From: Candidatus Micrarchaeota archaeon
GTDB lineage: Archaea > Micrarchaeota > Micrarchaeia > Norongarragalinales > UBA8480
Assembly (NCBI GenBank): GCA_043805855.1
Contig: JAZDHP010000029.1
Location: 1-57,809, forward strand
DNA length: 57,809 nucleotides
Direction: 5' to 3'
Both the position numbers and the translations under genes were made by a program. Positions within the stretch are counted from its first letter, which is position 1. Each line of letters opens with the position of its first letter. Below are positions 17,786-27,267 of this stretch, one piece after another. The notes below the pieces were generated by a model. That model did not search any database, was not told where the DNA came from, and was given only the letters and a program-made list of their open reading frames with translations.

Positions 17786-18967
17786 ATGGCGCAGCCAAAC
17801 GACACCCCTTTGTTCAAGCAGATTGAAGCTAATTTGAAGCCATTGTTCTCCAAGAGAATTCCAAAGAACGTTTTCGGCAAATCTCCCTCTAGCGTTTTCA
17901 TTGGAAAATTTAATTATCCAAACGTTTACGCTGGACCTATGGTTGGGATTACAGATAATATTAAGAATAGCGACGCGCCGGGAAAATGGTACGGCTTGAA
18001 ACTAGAAGAAATTGTCGCGCATCGCTTGTCGCTTGCGCGAGGCGAGGCAACTGTGAGTGTGAAAAATGCAGATAGTAGAATGGCACGAGACTTGCAAGAC
18101 ACTGCCCTATCTCTCAAGGCAATTGACATGGAAGTTAACTTCGAGCGCGAACCAATACAGAAGATAAACTTCTCGCAATATCTCTCGCCAATGGGCGCGG
18201 CAGGAAAGATGGAGAAATTTACCCTCGCAGACAACCCCACTATTCCAAAGAAAGTTTTAAGTTTAGTTGAAGAAAAGTTAAAAGTTACAACTGCAGTTTA
18301 CGAGGGGTTCCAATTCCTAGGCGATACTTACTATTTACAACGCGTTTTGTCCAGCGGTGCGCTTGGCGAAGAGAAAAAACTAGTGCCAACCCGCTGGTCA
18401 ATCACTGCAGCTGATGATATTATTACAAAGCAACTACTCGGCGACGTGCGTGAGTTCCGTGCGTTGAACGAAATCACGGTTTACAGCAACAAATGGATGG
18501 GAAACCACTTCGAGATTGTGTTCCTCCCGGGAATGTGGGAATACGAGCAGTTTGAATCCTGGGAGCCTGGAAGCTACTGGGCGCAGAAGTCAAACGCGAA
18601 CGCCTACGGCGTCGCAACCTCCGACCCACTGGAATACGAGTACGAGCCCTTCGAGGGACGAACAGCTTATGCTGAGAGAGAAGGGGGAGGATATTACGCT
18701 GGTCGCATCGCGTGCGTTGAACATTTGCACAAACTGAAACGGCAAGCGCGAGTAATTGTACTGCGGGAGATAAGCGACGAGTATCAAGTCGCAGTCGGCG
18801 TGTGGCAAGTGAGGCAAAACTGCCGTGAGGCGTTGAAAAACGAACCAAAGAAATTCCAAAATCGCAGCGAGTTGCTAAACTATTTACAAACTGCACTGAA
18901 AAGGCCTCTTTCGCAGTACACTTCCAAAAGCAGAGTGTTGACACAGCGCAAGTTAGTGGATTTTTAG
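17786..18967 (+). CDS. Nre-family (DUF650/DUF651) putative archaeal DNA repair protein
   Basis: SVFIGKFNYPNVYAGPMV near the N-terminus and the overall size resemble archaeal Nre proteins as I recall them. Needs an HMM check. Confidence 0.5.
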   Translation: MAQPNDTPLFKQIEANLKPLFSKRIPKNVFGKSPSSVFIGKFNYPNVYAGPMVGITDNIKNSDAPGKWYGLKLEEIVAHRLSLARGEATVSVKNADSRMARDLQDTALSLKAIDMEVNFEREPIQKINFSQYLSPMGAAGKMEKFTLADNPTIPKKVLSLVEEKLKVTTAVYEGFQFLGDTYYLQRVLSSGALGEEKKLVPTRWSITAADDIITKQLLGDVREFRALNEITVYSNKWMGNHFEIVFLPGMWEYEQFESWEPGSYWAQKSNANAYGVATSDPLEYEYEPFEGRTAYAEREGGGYYAGRIACVEHLHKLKRQARVIVLREISDEYQVAVGVWQVRQNCREALKNEPKKFQNRSELLNYLQTALKRPLSQYTSKSRVLTQRKLVDF

Positions 18968-19008
18968 CGAAGCACATTAAAAAGTTAGAATTACTTAAAA
19001 CACTTATC

Positions 19009-19857
19009 ATGATAAAAGCGACAAAAACAATACAGGCGCATAACAAAGTACATGGCGCGTATCTATTGCGTGAAGCATATCGGCATTTAGAACCCGGCGC
19101 TAGGGAAAAAATATGCATTGCTCCTTTCAAATACGTTGCTCCAGTTCATTCTTTTGAAGAAATCAAAGCCAAAGTAATTAGACTTGCAAAAGGTAACCCT
19201 GCAGCTGAAAGAATACTTATTCGAGGCAATCCAACGGAAAACATATTAACTGGGGGCACTCGCCACGAGCGATATGCTATTGCCCCGCGTGGCCACTTCC
19301 ACACCAAACCCGGCCAATTCACTTGGGATAATACAATTGAAGATCAAGTTTTAATGCATTATGATCCACACACTAGATTGGTTAAACGCAAAGAAATAAC
19401 GCCCGGAAGCCATGAAGAAAAGCAATTAGTTTATCATTATCGCACAACAAACTGGCTGTTGTATCCAACTAAAGCACAAGAACAAATTGCTTTTGGTGGG
19501 TCTTTCCTTGTCAAAACATTTGCAAGGCGTGGCTACGCTGAAATAACTTGGTACACTGGCGATTTTCGCAATCCAAGCACAAAGCAAGAACACATTGCAC
19601 TTCGACTAAACAAGTCAACCGGCAAAATCACAATTCCACCAGAACACCAAGGCAAACTAGAACTAGTTGAACAGCATAGCCAAGCTCTAGGTAGATTTTT
19701 GAAAGCGCTTGCCAATGCACCAGGTGTGCGCGGAACAAACAGCCGATTTAGATTAAGATTTACCGTGTGGAAAGACGAACCAAACAAACTAGAGTTCTAT
19801 GACTGCATTAAAAGTGGATACATAAAATTCGTTGCTGGAAAAAGAATGCTTGTTTAA
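19009..19857 (+). CDS. hypothetical protein (possible distant member of the kinase-fold paralog family)
   Basis: Clean ATG ORF. GHFHTKPGQF...MHYDPHT weakly echoes [11 protein letters not shown]...LIDPT of 22547..23341. Confidence 0.45.
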   Translation: MIKATKTIQAHNKVHGAYLLREAYRHLEPGAREKICIAPFKYVAPVHSFEEIKAKVIRLAKGNPAAERILIRGNPTENILTGGTRHERYAIAPRGHFHTKPGQFTWDNTIEDQVLMHYDPHTRLVKRKEITPGSHEEKQLVYHYRTTNWLLYPTKAQEQIAFGGSFLVKTFARRGYAEITWYTGDFRNPSTKQEHIALRLNKSTGKITIPPEHQGKLELVEQHSQALGRFLKALANAPGVRGTNSRFRLRFTVWKDEPNKLEFYDCIKSGYIKFVAGKRMLV

Positions 19858-19903
19858 ACCCACTAACGCAACTTAGTAAAACCTTCACTGGCTAATTGTT
19901 TCT

Positions 19904-20668
19904 ATGCACATTGACGAAGATGTCCACGATCGCCAAAAGAGAGTTAGCGGCTGGAGTCAGGAGAAAATTGCTACTTCTAATGTTGCGGTTGTCGGCGCTG
20001 GTGCTTTGGGCAACGAAGTTGTCAAGAATCTATTACAACTAGGCGTTTCCAGCATCTCGATTATTGATTATGATGTTATTGTAAAGGCTAATTTGAACCG
20101 CTGCGTGTTGTTTACAGAAGAAGACGCGGAAAACAAAGCGTTGAAAGCCGAGGTGCTTAGCCAAAGAGGTAAAAAACTCAACCTCCTTGCGAAAATAACT
20201 CCAGTTTTGAAAAACGTCGAGGAGCTGGACGATAAATTCTTCTCTCAATTCGGCTCAGTGTTCGGCTGCCTTGACAATTTAGGCGCGAGGGTACATGTAA
20301 ACGCAAATTGCTACGATTGCGTTCCGTTTATCGATGGCGGAACAAGTGGGTTCATGGGCAAAGTACAAGTCGTTGCAAAGCCGTCAGCGTGTGTTGAATG
20401 CGCGCTCTCAAAGCAAGATTATGGTTTACTGTGGAAAAAGTACTCGTGCACCGGCGATTTGCTTGATGTGATGGACCCAAAGATGCCCGCGCTGCCCACA
20501 ACGACGAGCGTAATCGCAGGAATCCAAGTAAACGAATTTCTTAAACTCCTAAACCCGCAGTTGAAAGGCAAACCTCTCGCGGGGAAATACCTTTTCTATA
20601 ATGGTTTAACCAGCGAAACGAAAATGTTCACCGCTGAAAAGAGAAAGGGCTGTCCAGCGCACGAATAG
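19904..20668 (+). CDS. E1-like ubiquitin-activating enzyme (ThiF/MoeB/UBA adenylation domain)
   Basis: VAVVGAGALGNEV (GxGxxG), ANLNRCVLF (E1 NLNRQFLF motif), CLDNLGARVHVN, two CxxC pairs (CYDC, CVEC) and a candidate catalytic Cys in KYSCTGD. Confidence 0.8.
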   Translation: MHIDEDVHDRQKRVSGWSQEKIATSNVAVVGAGALGNEVVKNLLQLGVSSISIIDYDVIVKANLNRCVLFTEEDAENKALKAEVLSQRGKKLNLLAKITPVLKNVEELDDKFFSQFGSVFGCLDNLGARVHVNANCYDCVPFIDGGTSGFMGKVQVVAKPSACVECALSKQDYGLLWKKYSCTGDLLDVMDPKMPALPTTTSVIAGIQVNEFLKLLNPQLKGKPLAGKYLFYNGLTSETKMFTAEKRKGCPAHE

Positions 20669-20727
20669 GAGAATAAGCAAATGTTAAAAACATCAAAGTT
20701 GTAATTAATAAAAGAGGTAATAATTCA

Positions 20728-21114
20728 ATGGAAAACTTGTTAAAAACTACGTTGCGTGGTGGAAAGAACCTTGGTATTGCAATTGTAGCCGGCTCTGCAA
20801 TTAGACGGCTAGTGCAAACCAAACAAGGCGAAGCAGCAGCCAAGGCACTAAAACAACACTTGCGTCCCGGGCTATACTCACTTAAAGTGAATGAAGGCGC
20901 AACGCACGCGGTTTTCACAACGGAAACCACAATAATAAAACCTTTCCCAGGTGCAAGAGAAAGGCCTGGAACAATTGTACGCATTCAACTAGTTGCGCTC
21001 CCTAAACACGAAGGTAAAGTTGTGAAATTACCATTCGGAGGAGTGCGCTATCCAATAACAGAAAAACGCATAGAAAGGCCAAAAGGCAAAGTAACAGAAA
21101 GGCCGCGCAGGTAA
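20728..21114 (+). CDS. hypothetical protein in the ubiquitin-like cluster
   Basis: 128-aa ORF directly after the E1-like gene, basic C-terminus. No motif recognised. Confidence 0.45.
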   Translation: MENLLKTTLRGGKNLGIAIVAGSAIRRLVQTKQGEAAAKALKQHLRPGLYSLKVNEGATHAVFTTETTIIKPFPGARERPGTIVRIQLVALPKHEGKVVKLPFGGVRYPITEKRIERPKGKVTERPRR

Positions 21115-21115
21115 G

Positions 21116-22093
21116 CTATTCAAACGCGTCTTTTATTTCGTTTATCACGTCACGGCTACGTTTGTCAATGATTAGCAATAGTTTTTTACCGCAGCGTATG
21201 CACTGTGCATTGCCGTCTAGTAGAGAATCGTAGCATTCTTTATGGTAAGCTGCGCCGCAAAAACAGTGGCCGTACTTTGACAATGCTGAATCAGAAACTG
21301 CGAGTTTAAACTGAGATTTGCACAAGTCACACGCTTCCCCGTTACCGTTGCTTCCATTACTTTCATTTTGGTGTAAAGGTTGAGGTGGAACTGATTGTGA
21401 AGAAGCGACCCTTGTTTTAACAGGCTCTTGAATTATAGTGTGCGGCATTCTCACTTGTACTCGCAGTGGCTCTCCAGTTGCTTTATGTTGTAAGAAGCGT
21501 TGCCGCTGTTCTGGCGACGGACCGTAGCGTTTCATTATCTCTTCCAAATCCATTTTTCCAAGTTTACCGCCAAGGTCAACAACTTCTGTAGTTGAAAGAA
21601 AGTCTTTAACGTGTTTTTGCCCCTCACTTTCAACAACAGTTGGTTTCCTTGCAACAAACGGATGTTTTTGCAGCTTAACTTCGCCAGTAAAAGTTTTCTT
21701 TAAGCTAACTTTTTTCGCACCTTTTCCAGCGTAAAAATTATAACCTTTTATTGTTAAACCAAAAACTCCACTATCTTCTGCAACGAGTTGTTCGGTTTTC
21801 AAAACGTTTAGTTGAGTCATTAACTCGCTACGCGCGACGCCGAGTTGTAAAAGTAAATCATCTGGATTTCCAGTACCTTCGCGAATTAAGTGCAATAAAT
21901 CTCTGTCAAACTGCGTTTGTTTAAACGCCAGTTTGCGTGGTTGGCGCTTTTTCTTCTCTTCTTTTTGCTCTTTCTTTTCTTCTTTTCTATCTTCCTTTTT
22001 GTCTTCTCTTTTAGCTTCCTTGGCTTCTTTTTGAACCGACGTAGCTGCCGCTGGCTTTTCTTCTCTCGCCATTATTGGTTTTTCAGCGTTCAC
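21116..22093 (-). CDS. Lys/Glu-rich + winged-helix + C-terminal C4HC3 (RING-variant/PHD-like) zinc-finger protein, candidate E3
   Basis: The C-terminus CDLC-x16-CFC-x4-H-x2-C-x10-C-x2-C fits a cross-brace C4HC3 finger. The start overlaps the JAMM gene stop by 4 nt. Confidence 0.6.
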   Translation of the reverse strand: MNAEKPIMAREEKPAAATSVQKEAKEAKREDKKEDRKEEKKEQKEEKKKRQPRKLAFKQTQFDRDLLHLIREGTGNPDDLLLQLGVARSELMTQLNVLKTEQLVAEDSGVFGLTIKGYNFYAGKGAKKVSLKKTFTGEVKLQKHPFVARKPTVVESEGQKHVKDFLSTTEVVDLGGKLGKMDLEEIMKRYGPSPEQRQRFLQHKATGEPLRVQVRMPHTIIQEPVKTRVASSQSVPPQPLHQNESNGSNGNGEACDLCKSQFKLAVSDSALSKYGHCFCGAAYHKECYDSLLDGNAQCIRCGKKLLLIIDKRSRDVINEIKDAFE

Positions 22094-22539
22094 TTTATCA
22101 CCGCAAATGAAACTTCTCCGTATGAATTACCAGCCAAGCGATAAAAACGCTTTGCCATTACTTTACCCGCGCCAAAATCATCAGAAGCTAGCGGATCAAA
22201 TACTGCGGCAACGTGGAATTGCTCGTTGAAAAAACGACGTTGGGTAGAAACATCAGTTGTTGAAAGAAAACACCCGTAGCCAGGGTGCGAGTGGCACCAG
22301 CCGACAACTATTTCGCCACTTTTTTGCAACTCTTCGGCAATTTTTTCAAACGCGTTTGGAGAAAAGCGAACCGAAACAGCTGAAGAATCAGTTTCGCTTG
22401 TAATAAATTCATTCACAACAACGAAATTCTTCCCTTTGTGCTCGCAAACTTCTCCCATGAGAAGGCCCATTCCTTCCAAGTGAAGCGACGCCAATTGCGA
22501 AAAGTACTCCTCTGCTTTTTGCACTGCGGTTTGCTTCAT
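22090..22539 (-). CDS. JAB1/MPN/JAMM metalloprotease (Rpn11-like deubiquitinase candidate)
   Basis: [17 protein letters not shown] is an exact HxHx7Sx2D JAMM motif, with an upstream Glu in LLMGEV. ATG at 22539; an alternative GTG at 22566 is possible. Confidence 0.85.
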   Translation of the reverse strand: MKQTAVQKAEEYFSQLASLHLEGMGLLMGEVCEHKGKNFVVVNEFITSETDSSAVSVRFSPNAFEKIAEELQKSGEIVVGWCHSHPGYGCFLSTTDVSTQRRFFNEQFHVAAVFDPLASDDFGAGKVMAKRFYRLAGNSYGEVSFAVIK

Positions 22540-22546
22540 GTACACT

Positions 22547-23341
22547 TCAAGCGCCACACTTAGCACCTTTTAGTTTTCTTGCTAAACGTTTAACTCGTTG
22601 CCACTTGGTTAGCTTTGGAACATGCCGAACAATAGTATCAGGATGCACAAGAGTGTGTTTGTAAACCTCGCGGAGAGCTTTTTCAAAATTTCTCACCTCT
22701 CGCTGTGGAAATTCATCAACGCGAAGTAGTGAGTTAATTGCTTCTATTGCAATTCGCAAATCTCTTTCAGGTGTAACCATATGGTGTGTTTCTCGTAGTA
22801 ACGTCGGGTCAATCAACTGCACTGAACCATTAACATTTCTAACTGCATTTCTAGTACCTGGATGCGTGTGCACGAAACCAAGAGCGTGTAACTTAGCAAG
22901 TTGGCGAACAAACTCAAAACTAGCTCTAATCCTATCTCTCCTCGGGATTGTTGAATCGGAAAGGTAGCTATTAAGCGGGCGAGAGTCTTTCTTCCATAAG
23001 GTAACTAAAAGGCGGCGGCCGTCGGGCTGTTCAATAAACGCAACTGGCATTTCAACCAACGCGCGCTGAGAAGCAGCTAATGTCTGTAAACGATTAAATA
23101 TATTAGTTGGCGGAAAATAGGCGTTAACGTCTGACGAAACCCCGCCAACTGCGCAGTTTCTAACGGCAAGTTGATGCCTGCCAAATTGGTGAATGGTTAA
23201 AGCCGGAACTGTTCCAAAAATAACCCACTCAGGGGTTTTCAGCGCGGCTAGTAACTCGCGTGGGTTGTGCTTCTTCCAGTGCGTGACCCCAACTTCTCCT
23301 TCAGGGGTTTGAATTTTGTGCGTTTCCCATTCAAGCGGCAA
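22547..23341 (-). CDS. kinase-fold protein, atypical catalytic loop (paralog B)
   Basis: [30 protein letters not shown] parallels 3807..4667. Apparent TTG start one nt after the upstream stop. Confidence 0.55.
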   Translation of the reverse strand: MPLEWETHKIQTPEGEVGVTHWKKHNPRELLAALKTPEWVIFGTVPALTIHQFGRHQLAVRNCAVGGVSSDVNAYFPPTNIFNRLQTLAASQRALVEMPVAFIEQPDGRRLLVTLWKKDSRPLNSYLSDSTIPRRDRIRASFEFVRQLAKLHALGFVHTHPGTRNAVRNVNGSVQLIDPTLLRETHHMVTPERDLRIAIEAINSLLRVDEFPQREVRNFEKALREVYKHTLVHPDTIVRHVPKLTKWQRVKRLARKLKGAKCGA

Positions 23342-23342
23342 A

Positions 23343-23633
23343 TTATTTCAACCCCAGCGCGTCTTTAAAGTCTCCAGTTAACCCTCGGCGCTTTCGCCTG
23401 TCTCGTTTAATCTTTTCCATTACATCTGGATCAACATTTAACGGAGAAAATGGAGGTTGGGAAGGAATAGCATCGCGCAGCTGCTGTTTACGCAGTTCAG
23501 CAACAACATCAACTGGAACAATCTGGGAAAATGCTTCAGCTTGCTCATCGATATTCTCAACTGGCTCAATTTGTTTAATTATCTTCGGCTTCGCTGGCGG
23601 CTTTTTAACTTCAACAACGCGGGGTTTTGACAT
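23343..23633 (-). CDS. small basic hypothetical protein
   Basis: 96 aa, Lys/Pro-rich N-terminus and RKRR near the C-terminus. Sits between the two kinase-fold genes in the same operon. Confidence 0.45.
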   Translation of the reverse strand: MSKPRVVEVKKPPAKPKIIKQIEPVENIDEQAEAFSQIVPVDVVAELRKQQLRDAIPSQPPFSPLNVDPDVMEKIKRDRRKRRGLTGDFKDALGLK

Positions 23634-23684
23634 AAAGAAAAAAGGAAGGCTAAGTTAAAAAAAGCATAAGTGCATTCAACGAAA

Positions 23685-24425
23685 TTAAACTATTCCTTCC
23701 CGCGCTATTCTTTGGTTTTCCGCTTCGATTCTTATCGCCTTTACCATTTTCTTAAAGTACTTTTTAACAGCAGGATGTTCCCAACGATTAACGTCGATAA
23801 CATTAGCGCCTCGTCGGTTGCCAATTAGATTTCTTACATTTGTATCGCTAGTTGTAAACCCAGCATTGCGAGCACGTTGAAGCAAACCTACGCTTAAGTC
23901 AACAATCTCTCCCTTGCATTTCTCTCTTACTACTCTTTTAGTCACAACCGCCCGACGGCCATCTTGATAGTAAATAATCGCTTGAGGAACCTCAGCGTTT
24001 ACTTTGACGCTCTTCAAACCAAGCAACAAACGCGCTTCTTTAGTTGCTTGCGCTTCAATCGTCTTTACTTTACCTGGAGAAAAAACAACCTCGCGGCTAG
24101 AAGCATAATCCCGCCACCAAGGTTGACCCAAAACAAACGACCGCTCTGGCTCTTTTACAAACAAAGACGTCGGCTTAAGATTAGACAACGTTTGAACGTG
24201 TACAACTGAACGCATGTTTCCTCGTCGAGTATATCCGCGCCAATTTTCAGGCATTAAATGCTCGTGAGGAACACTACAAGTTGGCAAAATAACAACGCGA
24301 TGCCCCGCAGGAGTGTGCAAAACCTCTAGTCTTGAAAGTCTTCGCACTTTTGTAGGTTCTTGAAGTTCAGTCATTGCAAGAATAATTCGCGTGGCAAGGC
24401 ATAATAAATTTCCGGCTGTAACCAT
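23685..24425 (-). CDS. kinase-fold protein (paralog C, retains Asp in the catalytic loop)
   Basis: PQAIIYYQDGRRAVVTK and ARNAGFTTSDTNVRNLIGNRRGANVIDVN parallel [17 protein letters not shown] and the [10 protein letters not shown]...LIDP of paralog B. The real start may be the Met at 24374, leaving room for a divergent promoter. Confidence 0.5.
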   Translation of the reverse strand: MVTAGNLLCLATRIILAMTELQEPTKVRRLSRLEVLHTPAGHRVVILPTCSVPHEHLMPENWRGYTRRGNMRSVVHVQTLSNLKPTSLFVKEPERSFVLGQPWWRDYASSREVVFSPGKVKTIEAQATKEARLLLGLKSVKVNAEVPQAIIYYQDGRRAVVTKRVVREKCKGEIVDLSVGLLQRARNAGFTTSDTNVRNLIGNRRGANVIDVNRWEHPAVKKYFKKMVKAIRIEAENQRIAREGIV

Positions 24426-24443
24426 TAGCGAGGCGAATAGAAC

Positions 24444-24689
24444 ATGGCAGAGTTTAACATTAAAGTTTCACACACGACAAGCGGAAAAGAAATAACCCTA
24501 GCAGTTGAACCAGAATTCACCGTACAATCAGTTTTGGATGTGCTAGTTGACTCCCTACAACTAAAAGACCGCTTCGTGTTGGCAAAAGCTTCTGACAACA
24601 AAATCCTAACGCCAGAAATCACAATGAACGACGCAGGCGTAAAAGAAGGCGAAACGCTACTACTGATGCCTGATCCTACTGGCGGCTAA
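24444..24689 (+). CDS. ubiquitin-like beta-grasp modifier ending in Gly-Gly-stop
   Basis: 81 aa with alternating beta-grasp-like hydrophobic pattern. The C-terminus ...LLLMPDPTGG is followed directly by TAA, so no processing is needed. Immediately upstream of the E2. Confidence 0.75.
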   Translation: MAEFNIKVSHTTSGKEITLAVEPEFTVQSVLDVLVDSLQLKDRFVLAKASDNKILTPEITMNDAGVKEGETLLLMPDPTGG

Positions 24690-24728
24690 AAAAATAGAAA
24701 TATAAAACAGAAAAGGCGAAAAACAACA

Positions 24729-25196
24729 ATGCCAAAATTACCTGAGTCAATTTGGCGTCGTAGAATAGACAATGAATATGCAGAACTTAGCCGCAATTTA
24801 AAAATTGCAAACCTAGAGGCAAACAGCGACAAAACAGAATATCACTTTACCTTAAACGCTACCGCGTACAAGAAAAACGGAACTGCAATTGTTCCAGTTA
24901 GCATGCACAACGTTTCAATTTACTTAACGCGGGAATACCCGTACGCTGGCGGGATTGAAGTCATATGGGATAGTGATATTTTTCATCCTAACATCCGCGC
25001 TAAAGACGGCGCAGTTTGCATTCAAGTGTTAAACCACTGGAGTGAATCGCAAACACTGTCAAGTGTCGTTGACGCGCTTGTACAAATGTTGGAAAATCCA
25101 AACCCCTACTCGCCGTTGAACAGTGAAGCCGCGAAATACTTCGCTAATTACATCCCGCAGAAAACTGAACCTGGAAAACCGAGAGTGGTTGTTTGA
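24729..25196 (+). CDS. E2 ubiquitin-conjugating enzyme (UBC fold)
   Basis: YPYAGGIEVIWDSDIFHPNIRAKDGAVCIQVLNHWSESQTL contains the HPN motif, the catalytic Cys and the conserved Trp. NPNPYSPLNSEAAKYF follows. Confidence 0.85.
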   Translation: MPKLPESIWRRRIDNEYAELSRNLKIANLEANSDKTEYHFTLNATAYKKNGTAIVPVSMHNVSIYLTREYPYAGGIEVIWDSDIFHPNIRAKDGAVCIQVLNHWSESQTLSSVVDALVQMLENPNPYSPLNSEAAKYFANYIPQKTEPGKPRVVV

Positions 25197-25855
25197 ACGA
25201 AACCACTGAACAAAAACCTGAAAAATTCCAATTAGCAAAATTTGCATCGCGAGCTGAACAAAGAAAATCTTTGAGAAAAGGAAAACTAGCTTTTAAAATA
25301 AACGGAAAAGTTGTTGCAATTGGTTTAACAAACGGACCAACCCCAATTGACCATCGTTCGCTTGTAGCAGTTTTGCACGATAGCGCGGGAAATTACCTTA
25401 TACTTCGCCGAGATCAATATGACACCCTTACAGTTCATTTACCGATGCAAAAAAAAGGAGACCGCGAGAAACAAATTGGAACCTTTAACCTACGCTTCAT
25501 TGACCGCTGGCTTGATCCGGAATTTAGAAGAAGAGGAATCGCGACACACGCTTTGAAATGTATAGAAAAATTACATGCCGCATACTATGGCGGCGGGCCT
25601 AACGTATTTGGAACTGTAAAACGCAGCACGGCGCTATTCTTAGCTAAGCGCGCACATTATGTAGAAGAGGAAAGCGGGCTAACCTTAGCGCAAATTAGAC
25701 GAAGTGGAGAGGAGCTACCGCGGATGGTTTACTTTAAGCCAAAACCAACTAAGCCAGCGTTTACAAAACAAGATCTTGAACAAAACCATGTACTAGTAGT
25801 AGCTGGCCATAGCGGCAAGCGAGAATGGTATGTATTGCCAAGGCGAGAGAAATGA
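25193..25855 (+). CDS. hypothetical protein, possible GNAT-fold acetyltransferase
   Basis: WLDPEFRRRGIATHALKCIEK resembles GNAT motif A (Q/R-x-x-G-x-G/A). TTG start overlaps the E2 stop by 4 nt. Confidence 0.4.
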   Translation: MNETTEQKPEKFQLAKFASRAEQRKSLRKGKLAFKINGKVVAIGLTNGPTPIDHRSLVAVLHDSAGNYLILRRDQYDTLTVHLPMQKKGDREKQIGTFNLRFIDRWLDPEFRRRGIATHALKCIEKLHAAYYGGGPNVFGTVKRSTALFLAKRAHYVEEESGLTLAQIRRSGEELPRMVYFKPKPTKPAFTKQDLEQNHVLVVAGHSGKREWYVLPRREK

Positions 25856-25982
25856 AGCCAAAAGTAATTGAAACAAAAGAAAGGCCGATAAAGAAGCGCA
25901 AGCCCCCGGCTGGAGAAGAAATTGTTTATAGTTACGCGCCAAAATAATCAAAATGTAATTGAAATAAAAGAAGAGAAGTAAA

Positions 25983-26693
25983 ATGAATCGACAAGAACTA
26001 AAGGTGTGGAAGGCGTTACTGCGAGAAAAGACGTACGTTGGTGGCGATGATTCTTTCAAGTTCAAAACAACAAGACAAGTAGAAACTGAAGAAAAAAACA
26101 GGGGAATTGACAATTATTTAATGGGTAAATTATTACCTACATTAGATGCGCTGCCGCATGGCGCGCGGGTTTTAGAGCTCGGAATTGGAAAAGGTGTTGC
26201 GTTCGCTGAACTGCGCAAAAGATACCCTCATTTGAAATTCTATGGAACTAACTACTATCCAAAAGGTAAAAATCCATCAACTGAACCACACGTTGCTTTC
26301 GCAGAAGGAAGCAACTTACCTTACCGCGATGCGGGTTTTGATTTTATTTACAGTGTTGCAATGTTTCCCTACGTGCCAGATAAACTAAAGCACTTGGAAG
26401 AAGTACACCGCGTGTTGAAAAAAGGTGGAAAGGCGTTACTTTACCACGAAAGCAGGTTTGGCGCGTATCCAAAAGGCAAACAACTAGTAGACGTACGCTT
26501 GCAGGATAAACCAGAAATAAAAATTCACGGCACAGAAAAAGGAGTAATTGAAATAACCAAACAAAAACCTCGCCTGCGCTTTGGAATGAAACTAAACTTA
26601 AAACAATGCAGCACCGCTCACTTTTTTGAAAGCATTTATCATCCAAAACCACAAAAGAGAAGTGCTTTGCGACGCCAGCAAAGAAATGAGTAA
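25983..26693 (+). CDS. class I SAM-dependent methyltransferase
   Basis: VLELGIGKGVAF (motif I) and LKKGGKALLY (post-motif) are typical of the Methyltransf_11/25 type. Confidence 0.65.
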   Translation: MNRQELKVWKALLREKTYVGGDDSFKFKTTRQVETEEKNRGIDNYLMGKLLPTLDALPHGARVLELGIGKGVAFAELRKRYPHLKFYGTNYYPKGKNPSTEPHVAFAEGSNLPYRDAGFDFIYSVAMFPYVPDKLKHLEEVHRVLKKGGKALLYHESRFGAYPKGKQLVDVRLQDKPEIKIHGTEKGVIEITKQKPRLRFGMKLNLKQCSTAHFFESIYHPKPQKRSALRRQQRNE

Positions 26694-26706
26694 ATAGAAA
26701 AATAAC

Positions 26707-27135
26707 TTAGCGTCTTCGCAACGGTTGGATTTCACCGCACTTTTTACAGATTTTTTCCTTGCGCTTCCACACGAATTCAAAATCTACTCCACCACAACCC
26801 GGACAAGTCTGCGCAGTATCTGTATTATTGTGGAATTTTTTCCAACTTTCCTTCGTGTCGCTAAGCGGCTGGTTGAAAACAAAACGACGCGGCGCAACCG
26901 CAGTTGGAGCGACAGGCGCAGCAGCGGTGTTTTCTGGAACAATAACTACTTTAGTTGTAGCGGGAGCAACTTCCTCTGGAATAGAAGAAGTTTGAGTGGA
27001 AACTGGTTTTTCATATTTACTAGATTTTCCAGTGATATTTGCGCTCGAACAGCGAGGGCATTGCCTTGCGTCGCTGCTTTCAAATTCTAAGTTACAGTTT
27101 TTACAAATTGTGTTATTCATGAAATTAGTAGTCAA
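26707..27135 (-). CDS. double zinc-ribbon protein
   Basis: CKNC-x14-CPRC at the N-terminus and CPGC-x17-CKKC at the C-terminus, joined by a Pro/Ala/Thr-rich linker. Confidence 0.5.
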   Translation of the reverse strand: MTTNFMNNTICKNCNLEFESSDARQCPRCSSANITGKSSKYEKPVSTQTSSIPEEVAPATTKVVIVPENTAAAPVAPTAVAPRRFVFNQPLSDTKESWKKFHNNTDTAQTCPGCGGVDFEFVWKRKEKICKKCGEIQPLRRR

Positions 27136-27267
27136 CCTTACTTTTTAGAAATGCCAAAATAGAAAAGGGTTTGCTAGCGCTAAACTGTAAAAAACAAAGG
27201 AAGGAAAAAGGCAAAAGCAAATAAAAAATAAAAACAATAAAAAAAAGAAAAAACTAAAAATTAGAAA

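Noticed and set aside
18474-19130. 218-aa minus-strand ORF (and 18516..18859 ORFs) antisense to the Nre-like gene.
   Set aside because: Arg/Ser/Cys-rich shadow-frame composition, complete overlap with a better-supported gene, no RBS.
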